A DNA stretch of 64,000 bases from a bacterium (GTDB lineage: Bacteria; UBA8248), in assembly GCA_965199855.1 (NCBI GenBank), contig OZ241326.1, positions 1,824,001 through 1,888,000 of the forward strand, given 5' to 3'. The notes beneath the pieces are model-generated. The model was not told where the DNA came from. It worked only from the letters and a program-made list of their open reading frames with translations, and ran no database searches. A program made the position numbers and the translations under genes. Below are positions 20,011-29,138 of this stretch, piece by piece. Position 1 is the stretch's first letter. Each line of letters begins with the position of its first letter.

Positions 20011-22659
20011 ATGGCGGAGAAGATGATTTATTCCTTTGGCACCGGCCGGACGGACGGCAGCGCCGACATGCGCGAATTGCTGGGCGGCAAGGGCGCGAAT
20101 CTCGCGGAGATGGCGAGCCTGGGCATCCCCGTCCCGCCCGGCTTCACCATCACCACGAGGGTCTGCGTCGATTACCTGAAGAAAAATGAGTTTCCCGAGG
20201 GTCTCTGGGAGGACGTGAAGGAGCAGATGGCGCGCCTGGAAAGCGCCATGGAGGCGCGCTTCGGCGGCGATGAGAACCCGCTTCTGGTGAGCGTGCGCTC
20301 GGGGGCGCGCGATTCCATGCCGGGCATGATGGATACGGTGCTGAACCTGGGGATGAACGACGCGACGGTCGCCGCCTTGGAGAGGAAATCGGGCAATCGC
20401 CGCTTCGCCTACGACAGCTACCGCCGCTTCATCAATATGTTCGGCAACGTGGTTCTGGAGATGGAGCACCACGATTTCGAGGCCAGAATCGAGGCGATGA
20501 AGCAGCGCAAGGGCGCCTCGTCGGATCTGGAGCTGACGGCGGAGGACATGGCGGAGCTGGCGGAGGAATACGCCGCCCTCGTGAAGGAGAAAACGGGCGC
20601 GGGCTTCCCCCAGGACCCCTACGAGCAGCTGCGTCTCGCCATCGAGGCGGTGTTCAGGTCCTGGAACAACGATCGCGCCATCACCTACCGCAGGCTCTAC
20701 CACATTCCCCACGAGTGGGGCACCGCCGTGAACGTGCAGTGCATGGTCTATGGCAACATGGGCGAGGACTGCGGCACGGGCGTCGCCTTCTCGCGCGATC
20801 CCGCCACCGGCGAGAACGCGCTCTACGGCGAGATTCTCTTCGACGCCCAGGGCGAGGACGTGGTGGCGGGCATCAGAACGCCCGAACCCATCGCGAAACT
20901 CAGGGAGAAGATGCCCGAGTGCTACGCCGAATTCGAGGAAATCGCCGAGAAGCTGGAAGCCCACTACAAGGACATGCAGGACATGGAGTTCACCATTCAG
21001 AACCGGCGCCTCTTCATGCTCCAGACGAGGAACGGCAAGCGCGCGGCGCAGGCCGCGGTGCGAATCGCCGTCGAGCTCGTGGGCGAGGGCGTGCTGGACA
21101 GGCGAAGCGCCGTGAAGATGGTGGACCCCGACAGCCTGGATCAGCTGCTCCACCCCATGATCGACGCCGAGCAGGAGCTGCGCGTGGCGGCCACGGGACT
21201 GGCCGCCTCGCCCGGCGCCGCCGTGGGCCGGGTGGCGTTCACCGCCGCGGAGGCGGTGGAGCGGGCCGAGGCGGGCGAGCCCGTCATTCTGGTTCGCCAG
21301 GAGACGAGTCCCGAGGACATCAACGGGATGAACGTCTCCCAGGGCATCCTCACGGCGCGGGGCGGGCTGACCTCGCACGCGGCCGTCGTGGCGCGGCAGA
21401 TGGGCAAGTGCTGCGTCACGGGCTGCGCCGCCCTGGACGTGCGGGCGGACGAGAAAATCATTCGCGTAGGCGGCGAGACGATAGCCGGGGGCGACTTCAT
21501 CTCGCTGAACGGCAACTCCGGCGAGGTGATTCTGGGCGAGGCGAAGCTCAGACAGCCCGAGCTCCTGGGGGACTTCGCCACCCTGATGGAGTGGGCGGAC
21601 GAGTTCAGGACGCTGGGCGTCCGCGCGAACGCCGACACGGTGACGGACAGCGAGGCGGCGCTCAAGTTCGGCTGCGAGGGAATCGGCCTGTGCCGCACGG
21701 AGCACATGTTCTTCGAGGGGGAGCGCATCGACTACGTGCGCGCCATGATTCTCGCCGCCACGGAGGAGGCGCGGCGCGACGCGCTTTCCCATCTTCTGCC
21801 CATGCAGCGCGAGGACTTCATCGCCATCTTCGAGGTGATGCGGGAAAGACCCGTGACGATCAGGCTGCTGGATCCGCCGCTGCACGAGTTTCTGCCCAAG
21901 ACCAGGGAGGACATGGAGCAGGTGGCCAAAGTGCTGGGGGTGAGCTTCGAGACGGTGCGCCACGCCACCGAGGCGACCGAGGAGCAGAACCCGATGCTGG
22001 GCCACCGCGGCTGCCGTCTGGCGGTCACGTATCCCGAAATCGCCGAAATGCAGGTGCGCGCCATCATCGAGGCGGCCTGCGAGATGAAGTCGAGGGGCGT
22101 GGAGGTGCTGCCTGAAATCATGATCCCTCTCACGTCGGGCGTGGGCGAATGGGAGTTCAACCGCGACATCGCGCGCAAAATCGCCCGGCAGGTGATCGAG
22201 GAGAAGGGAATCGCCCCCCGTCATCTCACGGGAACGATGATCGAGGTTCCCCGCGCCTGCTTCCTGGCGGGGGAAATCGCCGACAGCGCGGAGTTCTTCA
22301 GCTTCGGCACGAACGATCTCACGCAGCTCACCTACGGCCTGAGCCGGGACGACGCGGGTTATTTCCTGCCCGAGTACATCGAGAAAAACCTGATCTCCCG
22401 GGATCCGTTCGTGGCCGTCGATCGCGAGGGCGTGGGCGAGATGGTGCGTATCGGCATCGAGCGCGGCCGCGCGAAGCGGGAGAATCTCGAAGTGGGCATC
22501 TGCGGGGAGCACGGCGGAGAGCCCACGTCGGTCGAATTCTGCCACCTGATGAAGATGGACTACGTCTCCTGCGCGCCCTATCGCGCGCCGATAGCGCGGC
22601 TCGCCGCCGCCCAGGCGGCGATAGCGCACGGCTCATACCAGACGGTCGAAATCGGCTGA
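20011..22659 (+). CDS. ppdK: Pyruvate, phosphate dikinase
   Basis: LLGGKGANLAEM, SVRSGA..SMPGMMDT, GGLTSHAAVVAR (phospho-His), GLCRTEHMF, FSFGTNDLTQ, GICGEHGG; start ATG 20011. Confidence 0.98.
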   Translation: MAEKMIYSFGTGRTDGSADMRELLGGKGANLAEMASLGIPVPPGFTITTRVCVDYLKKNEFPEGLWEDVKEQMARLESAMEARFGGDENPLLVSVRSGARDSMPGMMDTVLNLGMNDATVAALERKSGNRRFAYDSYRRFINMFGNVVLEMEHHDFEARIEAMKQRKGASSDLELTAEDMAELAEEYAALVKEKTGAGFPQDPYEQLRLAIEAVFRSWNNDRAITYRRLYHIPHEWGTAVNVQCMVYGNMGEDCGTGVAFSRDPATGENALYGEILFDAQGEDVVAGIRTPEPIAKLREKMPECYAEFEEIAEKLEAHYKDMQDMEFTIQNRRLFMLQTRNGKRAAQAAVRIAVELVGEGVLDRRSAVKMVDPDSLDQLLHPMIDAEQELRVAATGLAASPGAAVGRVAFTAAEAVERAEAGEPVILVRQETSPEDINGMNVSQGILTARGGLTSHAAVVARQMGKCCVTGCAALDVRADEKIIRVGGETIAGGDFISLNGNSGEVILGEAKLRQPELLGDFATLMEWADEFRTLGVRANADTVTDSEAALKFGCEGIGLCRTEHMFFEGERIDYVRAMILAATEEARRDALSHLLPMQREDFIAIFEVMRERPVTIRLLDPPLHEFLPKTREDMEQVAKVLGVSFETVRHATEATEEQNPMLGHRGCRLAVTYPEIAEMQVRAIIEAACEMKSRGVEVLPEIMIPLTSGVGEWEFNRDIARKIARQVIEEKGIAPRHLTGTMIEVPRACFLAGEIADSAEFFSFGTNDLTQLTYGLSRDDAGYFLPEYIEKNLISRDPFVAVDREGVGEMVRIGIERGRAKRENLEVGICGEHGGEPTSVEFCHLMKMDYVSCAPYRAPIARLAAAQAAIAHGSYQTVEIG

Positions 22660-22675
22660 GCGGGGCTTTCCTCCG

Positions 22676-23833
22676 ATGGTTCGCCTCTCCGCCGCCCGGA
22701 AAGCCGAACTGATGGCCGAGGCGCTTTCCCTGGCGGGGCGCGCGGAGGGCCAAACGAGTCCCAACCCGCTCGTCGGCGCCATCGTTCTCGACTCCGCTGG
22801 AGAAGCGGCGGGCCGGGGCTGGCACCGCAGGGCGGGGGAGCCGCACGCCGAGGCGCTGGCTCTTGAGGAAGCGGGCGGCCGCGCGCGCGGCGGGGCCTTG
22901 ATCGTCACCCTGGAGCCCTGCTCCCATCAGGGCAGAACGCCCCCGTGCGCGCCTTTTGTCGTGGACGCGGGCGTTTCTTTCGTCGTCGCCGCCGTCCGGG
23001 ACCCGAATCCCCAGGTGGCCGGGAGCGGCTTCGCGCATCTGCGCGCGCATGGCGTGGAGGTGGAAGTCGGCGTCATGGCCGAGGAGGCGGCGCGGCAAAA
23101 CGAAGCCTATTTTCACTGGTGGAAGCGCGGCAGGCCCCTGCTCACGCTGAAGGCCGCCGCGAGCCTGGACGGAAAAATCGCCACCCGAAGCGGGCAGAGC
23201 AGGTGGATAACGGGCGAGGCGGCGCGAAACGCCGGACATCACTACAGAAACAAAGCGGACGCCGTTCTGGTGGGCGTCGGGACGGTGCTGGCGGACGATC
23301 CCCTGCTTACGGCGCGTCCCGACGGCGCCCCAGGCAAGCCCTTGACGCGGGTCGTCCTCGACTCAAAATTGAGGACGACCCCGAACGCGCGGATTCTGGC
23401 ATCCGGGCGGGGGGATTCGACCATCATCGCGGCGGCGAAATCCGCGCCTGCGGCCAGGGAGGAAGCCCTGCGCGAGGCGGGGGCGGAAGTCATCCGGACG
23501 GAGGCGGACCCCAGAGGCCGGGTGTCGCTCGCGCCGCTGTTGCGGGTTTTGGGGAAGCGCGGCGTTCGTCATATCCTCGTCGAGGGCGGCGGGCGGACTC
23601 ACGGCTCCCTCATTCGGGAGGGGCTGGCGGATCGGTTGCTGTATTTCATCGCGCCGCTGGTGGTGGGGGACGGGCGGGCGCCGGACGCGATCTACGGACT
23701 CGCCGAGCCGGCGTTGCAATCGCTGCCCCGATTATCTAACGTAACACATGAAGTTATAGGCGATGATATATTGATTCAGGGATATTTCAAAAAACCGGTA
23801 TGGGAAGACGTCGGGGGCGGGAGCGGTGTTTAG
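22676..23833 (+). CDS. ribD: Riboflavin biosynthesis deaminase/reductase
   Basis: SPNPLVGA, HAE, TLEPCSHQGRTPPC, SLDGKIA, VEGGG. Confidence 0.96.
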   Translation: MVRLSAARKAELMAEALSLAGRAEGQTSPNPLVGAIVLDSAGEAAGRGWHRRAGEPHAEALALEEAGGRARGGALIVTLEPCSHQGRTPPCAPFVVDAGVSFVVAAVRDPNPQVAGSGFAHLRAHGVEVEVGVMAEEAARQNEAYFHWWKRGRPLLTLKAAASLDGKIATRSGQSRWITGEAARNAGHHYRNKADAVLVGVGTVLADDPLLTARPDGAPGKPLTRVVLDSKLRTTPNARILASGRGDSTIIAAAKSAPAAREEALREAGAEVIRTEADPRGRVSLAPLLRVLGKRGVRHILVEGGGRTHGSLIREGLADRLLYFIAPLVVGDGRAPDAIYGLAEPALQSLPRLSNVTHEVIGDDILIQGYFKKPVWEDVGGGSGV

Positions 23834-24476
23834 CGGAATCATCGAGGCCGTCGGGACGATTCGCGCCTTGAGAAAAGACGCCGGGGGAGCGCGAGTCGCC
23901 GTCGAGGCGGCGGACGTTCTGGACGGCGCGAAGATGGGCGATTCCATCGCGCTCAACGGCGTCTGCGTCACGGTGGTCGGTTTCGACGACAAAGCGTTCG
24001 AGGCCGATTTGTCCATCGAGACGCTGAGGCGCACGAATCTGGGCGAATTGGCCGTGGGCGACGGTTGCAACCTGGAGCGCGCCATGGCGCTGGGCGAGCG
24101 CCTCGGCGGGCACCTCGTGAGCGGCCACGTGGACGGCGTGGGCCGGATCAGAAGCAGGAAAAGCGAGGGAGACTCCATCTGGCTCACCATCGAGGCGCCG
24201 GTGGAGGTGATGCGCTATGTCGTCTATAAAGGATCTGTCGCGGTGGACGGCATCAGCCTCACGGTGGCCGCGCGCGGAGAGGAGACCTTTTCCGTCTCCA
24301 TCATCCCGCATACGAGCGAGCAGACGACGCTCACGCGGAAGAAGGACGGCGCGCGCGTGAATCTGGAGGCGGATCTGATCGGAAAATACGTGGAGAAGCT
24401 GCTTGCTCCCCATGCGGCCGCCGGAAAGCGGGAGGGCCTCACAGTGGAGAAGCTCAAGGAGCAGGGCTATGCCTGA
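23826..24476 (+). CDS. ribE: Riboflavin synthase (alpha chain)
   Basis: MFSGII, GDSIALNGVCVT, NLERAM, GGHLVSGHVDG, KGSVAVDGISLT. Confidence 0.96.
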   Translation: MFSGIIEAVGTIRALRKDAGGARVAVEAADVLDGAKMGDSIALNGVCVTVVGFDDKAFEADLSIETLRRTNLGELAVGDGCNLERAMALGERLGGHLVSGHVDGVGRIRSRKSEGDSIWLTIEAPVEVMRYVVYKGSVAVDGISLTVAARGEETFSVSIIPHTSEQTTLTRKKDGARVNLEADLIGKYVEKLLAPHAAAGKREGLTVEKLKEQGYA

Positions 24477-25698
24477 GCCGGGAGAGGGAAGGGACGCGCG
24501 GGAGCGTCCCTTCGCCACGATCGAGGAGGCGATCGGCGATATCCGGGAAGGGCGCATCGTCGTTCTCGTGGACGATGAGGATCGCGAGAACGAGGGCGAC
24601 TTCATTCTGGCGGCCGAGAGGGTGACGCCCGAGGCCGTCAACTTCATGACGAAATACGCGCGCGGTCTGGTCTGCCTCGCGCTCACGCCCGAGAAGGTGG
24701 AATCCCTGGGTCTGCCCATGATGGTGCCCAGCGGCCAGAACGGCTCGGTTTTCGGGACGGCGTTTACGGTTTCCATCGAGGCGCGCGAGGGCGTCACGAC
24801 GGGCATCAGCGCCTTCGACAGGTCCCGCACCATCCAGACCGCGATACAGGAGGACGCGCGGCCATCGGACCTGGTGACGCCCGGCCACGTTTTTCCGCTG
24901 CGCGCGCAGCCGGGGGGCGTGCTCAGGCGGGCGGGCCACACGGAGGGCGCGGCGGACCTGGCGCGGCTGGCCGGGCTTCAGCCCGCGGGCGTTCTTTGCG
25001 AGGTGCTGAACGAGGACGGCTCGATGGCGCGCCTTCCCGCGCTGAGAAAGATAGCCGAGAAGAACAATCTCTCCCTGGCGACCATCAAGGATCTCATCGC
25101 CTACCGGATGCGGCACGACCGTCTCGTGGAGCGCGTGGAGGAGGCCGAGCTGCCGACGCCCTACGGCGTGTTCAGGGCCTATGCGTATCGCAACCAGAGC
25201 AGCGGGAGGATTCACGCCGCCCTGGTGATGGGGGAGCCGGACCCGGAGGAGCCCACCTGCATCCGGGTGCAGCCGGTGAACGCCATTTGGGATTTGCTCG
25301 CGCTCTTGCGCTCCGATTGCCCGGACAGGATCAAGAGCGCGCTCGCCAGGATTCAGGAGGCAGGCAAGGGGGCGCTGGTGTTTCTGCAGCCCGACTCGAT
25401 GGGCGAGGAATCCTTCAGGAAGGAGAGCGCCGCCGCCCCGCTCGACGCCGGCGAGAAGATCGGCGTCAGGAGCTCGCCGTTCGAAGAATTGCGCGACTAC
25501 GGCATCGGCGCGCAGATTCTGGTGGATCTCGGCCTGCGGCGGATTCGCATCATGACGAACGACGAGCGCAGAATCGTGGCGCTCGAAGGCTACGGCCTCG
25601 AACTGGAGGACAGGGTGGCGGTGGACGCGGAGCCGCCGCTGCCGTCCCTGCGAAAGACGCGGAAGGGCGGCAGGGAATCGTATCTGCAGCGTCCCTGA
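24469..25698 (+). CDS. ribB: DHBP synthase fused to a degenerate GTP cyclohydrolase II-like domain (RibBX-type)
   Basis: [35 protein letters not shown]; C-terminal domain keeps [10 protein letters not shown] but lacks the full Zn-Cys triad; start ATG 24469. Confidence 0.92.
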   Translation: MPEPGEGRDARERPFATIEEAIGDIREGRIVVLVDDEDRENEGDFILAAERVTPEAVNFMTKYARGLVCLALTPEKVESLGLPMMVPSGQNGSVFGTAFTVSIEAREGVTTGISAFDRSRTIQTAIQEDARPSDLVTPGHVFPLRAQPGGVLRRAGHTEGAADLARLAGLQPAGVLCEVLNEDGSMARLPALRKIAEKNNLSLATIKDLIAYRMRHDRLVERVEEAELPTPYGVFRAYAYRNQSSGRIHAALVMGEPDPEEPTCIRVQPVNAIWDLLALLRSDCPDRIKSALARIQEAGKGALVFLQPDSMGEESFRKESAAAPLDAGEKIGVRSSPFEELRDYGIGAQILVDLGLRRIRIMTNDERRIVALEGYGLELEDRVAVDAEPPLPSLRKTRKGGRESYLQRP

Positions 25699-25715
25699 AC
25701 GCGGATGGAGAGGAA

Positions 25716-26213
25716 ATGGACAACCCGATGGAAGGAAGCCTGAACGGGCGGGGGCTGCGGGTCGGCCTCGTCTCCTCGCGCTTCAACGATTTTATCGTCT
25801 CCCATCTCGTGCGGGGGGCCGAGACGGCGCTTCGGCAGTGCGGCGTGTCCGACGCCGACGTCGCGCACGCGCGGGTGCCGGGCTCCTTCGAGCTTCCGGC
25901 GGCCGCGATGAAGATGGCGAAATCGGGGAAATACGACGCCGTCGTATGCCTGGGCTGCGTGATACGGGGTGCCACCTCCCACTACGATCTGGTGTGCGCC
26001 GAGGCGGCGAAGGGCGTCGCCCAGGTGGGCGCGCAGACGGGGGTGCCCACCATTTTCGCCGTCGTGACGACGGATACGGTCGAGCAGGCCGTCGAGCGCG
26101 CCGGGACGAAGATGGGGAACAAGGGATACGAGGGCGCCCTGGCGGCCGTGGAGATGGCCCGTCTCTTCTCGCGGATGGACGGGAGCGGAAGCGAAGCTCC
26201 CGGAAAAGGTTAG
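25716..26213 (+). CDS. ribH: 6,7-dimethyl-8-ribityllumazine synthase
   Basis: [37 protein letters not shown]; start ATG 25716. Confidence 0.97.
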   Translation: MDNPMEGSLNGRGLRVGLVSSRFNDFIVSHLVRGAETALRQCGVSDADVAHARVPGSFELPAAAMKMAKSGKYDAVVCLGCVIRGATSHYDLVCAEAAKGVAQVGAQTGVPTIFAVVTTDTVEQAVERAGTKMGNKGYEGALAAVEMARLFSRMDGSGSEAPGKG

Positions 26214-26218
26214 CGGCG

Positions 26219-26629
26219 GTGGAGAACAGACGGGCGGGGCGGGAGATCGCGTTTCAGATGCTTTATCACGCGGACCGCGTCGGGGGCCTCACGCCGGAGG
26301 AGGTGGGCCGCTATTGGCTGCTTCATCCGGCCGAGGAGGATTCCAGGGCGTTCGCCGACAGGCTGGCGTCGATCGTCTTGGAAAAGGGCCGCGAGATTGA
26401 CGATCTGCTCGCGGAGGCGAGCGCGCGCTGGTCTCTGGCGCGCATGGACGCCGTATCGAGAAGCATCCTGCGCCTCGGCGCCTGCGAAATGTATTTCGTT
26501 CCGGACGTTCCGCCCGCCGTGACGATGGATGAGGCGATTCGCCTGGCCAGGAGATACGGCCCCGAGAACGCGCCCGGCTTCGTGAACGGGGTTCTGGATC
26601 GCCTCCATCAAGAGAAAGCGGCGGTCTAG
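26219..26629 (+). CDS. nusB: Transcription antitermination factor NusB
   Basis: RRAGREIAFQMLY, WSLARM, ILRLG..E, DEAIRLA, FVNGVLD; follows ribH; start GTG 26219. Confidence 0.94.
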   Translation: MENRRAGREIAFQMLYHADRVGGLTPEEVGRYWLLHPAEEDSRAFADRLASIVLEKGREIDDLLAEASARWSLARMDAVSRSILRLGACEMYFVPDVPPAVTMDEAIRLARRYGPENAPGFVNGVLDRLHQEKAAV

Positions 26630-26636
26630 CGCGGCC

Positions 26637-27191
26637 GTGGTGCGCCTTCGCTTGCTTCCCCAGGCGCTGGAGGAGGCCGAAAGCTTCGTCGCCGTCTGCA
26701 TGTTCACGCCGGAGGACTTTCCGTTTCGCGGACTCCCCGGCAAGCTGGACGGCCTGCTGACGAGCGAGGCGAGCCGCCTGGTTCGGGCGGGAAAGCTGAG
26801 CGGCGCGTGGCCCTCGCAGGCCATGCTCGCCTCGAAGCGGAGGCTGGCGCCCGAATACGTCCTGTTCGCCGGCGTCGGCTCCTCGGAGGACCTGACCCTG
26901 ACGGCGCTTTACCGGCGGTCGAGGGATATCGTCGGGAGGATGATGCGGGCGTCGGCGAGGAGCCTGTCGATGCAGATTTCCGGCTTCGCGCGCTTTTCGG
27001 ACGATTTCGCTCCGATCGCCACGGAGATTCTGAGCGGCGCGATACGGGGGGCGATCGGGCATCCCCGGGACGTCGATATTCTCGTCTGCGAACCCGACGA
27101 GGGGAAATACGATGAGCTGGTCGCGCTGAGCGAGCGAATCGCCTTCAGCGGCGCGAAGGAGTGGGAGCTTTCCCTGGAGGTCGTGATTTGA
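26637..27191 (+). CDS. Hypothetical protein resembling a stand-alone M17 aminopeptidase N-terminal domain
   Basis: GLPGKLDGLL...SRL...GKLSG and VLFAGVG recall the PepA N-domain; no catalytic M17 motifs; tightly packed between nusB and lptE. Confidence 0.55.
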   Translation: MVRLRLLPQALEEAESFVAVCMFTPEDFPFRGLPGKLDGLLTSEASRLVRAGKLSGAWPSQAMLASKRRLAPEYVLFAGVGSSEDLTLTALYRRSRDIVGRMMRASARSLSMQISGFARFSDDFAPIATEILSGAIRGAIGHPRDVDILVCEPDEGKYDELVALSERIAFSGAKEWELSLEVVI

Positions 27192-27718
27192 GCGGGCGGC
27201 TCTGGAGATCGATTCACCTCCTCCCTCTCGCGTTCGCCGCGCTCCTCGCGGCGGGCTGCGGCTATCAGCTCGAGGGAACCCGGCGCCCCGAAAGCCTCGG
27301 GCGCGCGCGAACGATTTCGATAGCCGCGTTCGCCAACCGTACGGATGAGCCGGGCCTCGAGCGCGCCGTCACGGAAACGGTGCGGAGCAGGTTCCTGCGC
27401 GACGGCCGCCTCCGGGTTTCGGGCTCCGCCGGCGCGGACTTGGCGCTCGATGGCGTCCTGCGCGAGTATCGTCTCGCTCCGATCGGCTTTACGCGGGCGG
27501 ATCAGGCTCAGCGCTATCGCGTGGTTCTTCGCGCCCGCGTGCGGCTGCGCGACAACGCGCGGGGCAGGCTGCTCATCAATCAGGCTCTGGAGTCCGACGC
27601 CGAGTTCACGGTCTCCTCCTCCATCGCGCGAAGCGACGCGAACCGTCTGGGCGCCAACCAGCGGGCGGCCGATTCCTTCGCGGAAGACGTCATCAGCCTT
27701 GTCTTCGAGGGCTTTTAG
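27188..27718 (+). CDS. lptE: LPS assembly lipoprotein LptE
   Basis: Lipobox LAAGC followed by GYQL, FANRT.EPGLE; directly upstream of holA; start TTG 27188. Confidence 0.85.
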   Translation: MSGRLWRSIHLLPLAFAALLAAGCGYQLEGTRRPESLGRARTISIAAFANRTDEPGLERAVTETVRSRFLRDGRLRVSGSAGADLALDGVLREYRLAPIGFTRADQAQRYRVVLRARVRLRDNARGRLLINQALESDAEFTVSSSIARSDANRLGANQRAADSFAEDVISLVFEGF

Positions 27719-27719
27719 G

Positions 27720-28763
27720 TTGCCCCCGGGGCGCAGGAGGCCGGAGGGCTCCTCCTCCGCGCTCTCCGATCTGGAGGCCGCGCCGACGCGGCCGCTTTAT
27801 CTTCTCCAGGGCAAGGACGCTTTTTTGCGCGATGAATGCCTGCGCGCCATTCGCCGCAAGGTTTTCGGCGGCGAGCCCGACGACTTCAACCGCGACCGCT
27901 TCGACTGGGCCGAGGCCGACGCGGCGGAAATCGCCGCCATCGCGCGGACGCTTCCCTTCATGGCGGAGAAGCGCCTCATCGAAGTCCTCGACTTCGCCAA
28001 GCCGAACGCCAGGGACGAATCCATCCTCCTCGCCTACCTCGATGAGCCGTCCCCCTCCACGGTTCTGGCGTTTTGCGTGGAGAGCGCCGACATGCGGACG
28101 ACCTTCTTCCAGCGTCTGGCGAAGGCGAGCATGGTTTGCCGGGCGGACGCCCTGAAAGGGCGGGAGCTGACGAAGTGGCTTCACGCGCGCGCCGCCGGGC
28201 TGGGGTTCGAGCTGCGGCCCGAGGCCGCCGAGCTGCTGGTCGAAATGGTCAAGCCGTCCATGGGGCGGCTGAACGCGGAGCTCGAGAAGATCGCCTGCTA
28301 CGCGATGCCCGCGGCCTCCGCCGGCGCGCCGGAGGTTCGGGCGGTCGTCGGACGCTCCAGGGAGGAGCTGCTCTACAGGCTGGGCGATTCGATCAGCCAG
28401 GGAAGTCTGGGCGAAACCCTGGCTCTCCTGCGGCGGATGCTGGAGACCGAACACCCCGTCGTGTTCATCGGACTGCTGCGCAATCTGATTCGGCGCTGGA
28501 CGATCGCGAAGGCGCTGATGCGGGGCGGGAAGGGCGCGCGCGAAATTTCCGAGGCGCTGGGCGCGCCGCTTTTCGCGGCGCAAAGGCTCGAGGGGCAGGT
28601 CAGGCGCCTGCGCTCCGCCTACCCGCGCGAGTTGTATGGAAAGCTGCTTCAGGCGGATCGCAAACTGAAAAGGACGAGCGACATGAGAGTCGCCCGCCAG
28701 ACGCTGGAGTTGTTTCTCGTGGACGTGCGCCTCTCCAGAAGCGGGACGCGCGGGGCGGCCTGA
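27720..28763 (+). CDS. holA: DNA polymerase III delta subunit
   Basis: PLYLLQGKD.FL, TLPFMAEKRL, AELEKIACY, ADRKLK; lptE-holA-rpsT context; start TTG 27720 uncertain. Confidence 0.9.
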   Translation: MPPGRRRPEGSSSALSDLEAAPTRPLYLLQGKDAFLRDECLRAIRRKVFGGEPDDFNRDRFDWAEADAAEIAAIARTLPFMAEKRLIEVLDFAKPNARDESILLAYLDEPSPSTVLAFCVESADMRTTFFQRLAKASMVCRADALKGRELTKWLHARAAGLGFELRPEAAELLVEMVKPSMGRLNAELEKIACYAMPAASAGAPEVRAVVGRSREELLYRLGDSISQGSLGETLALLRRMLETEHPVVFIGLLRNLIRRWTIAKALMRGGKGAREISEALGAPLFAAQRLEGQVRRLRSAYPRELYGKLLQADRKLKRTSDMRVARQTLELFLVDVRLSRSGTRGAA

Positions 28764-28765
28764 GT

Positions 28766-29020
28766 CTATGAGGCGGACGCGGCGCGCGCCCGCCTGGCGA
28801 GTCTTGCCGCGCGCCGAGAGGCCGTCCTTTTGTGGATAACCCCTTTCGAGGCCGCGCGATCCAGCTGCGACTGGGCTTTTCCCAGCAGCGCCTGGGCGTT
28901 CTCCTCACTCTCCAGTACTTTTTTGATGGTGTTCCGGAACTGGGAGCGGATGGCGCGGTTTCTGGCGCGGCGAACGACGTTCTGGCGGTTGCGCTTTTTG
29001 GCCGAGCGAATATGGGGCAA
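28766..29020 (-). CDS. rpsT: 30S ribosomal protein S20
   Basis: MPHIRSAKKR.RQ...R.RN, LDRAASKGVIHK.TASRR; TTG start. Confidence 0.96.
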   Translation of the reverse strand: MPHIRSAKKRNRQNVVRRARNRAIRSQFRNTIKKVLESEENAQALLGKAQSQLDRAASKGVIHKRTASRRAARLARRARAASAS

Positions 29021-29083
29021 TTTCTCCGGTTCTCCGTGAAAATGGGCGAAATCCCTCTCTTGAGGCCGCTTCAGAGCGCGGGT

Positions 29084-29111
29084 AAGATACCATGAGGCAA
29101 AGGGTTGTCAA
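29084..29111 (-). promoter_or_regulatory. sigma70 promoter for rpsT
   Basis: Minus strand TTGACA-N16-TATCTT with extended -10 TG. Confidence 0.65.
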
Positions 29112-29138
29112 GCGCACCGCCCCGGTGTCGGGAGTTTT

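Noticed and set aside
17740-22629. Very long antisense ORFs (1629 aa here; also 3992-7138, 7278-10502, 36705-39341, 51932-55033 and others)
   Set aside because: They mirror well-supported + strand genes and show no family motifs; expected shadow frames from high-GC codon bias
22660-22675. FMN riboswitch before ribD (also T-box or lysine leaders before glyQ and lysC)
   Set aside because: Intergenic gaps are 16 nt or less, leaving no room
23734-23764. dif-like element ATCTAACGTAA-N9-TTATAGGCGAT
   Set aside because: One arm resembles a XerD arm but the spacer is 9 bp rather than 6 and it lies inside ribD
28831-28839. Perfect DnaA box (TGTGGATAA); near-match also at 46681
   Set aside because: Isolated and explained by coding for V-I-H-K in S20 and F-I-H-E in RseP; no box cluster or unwinding element
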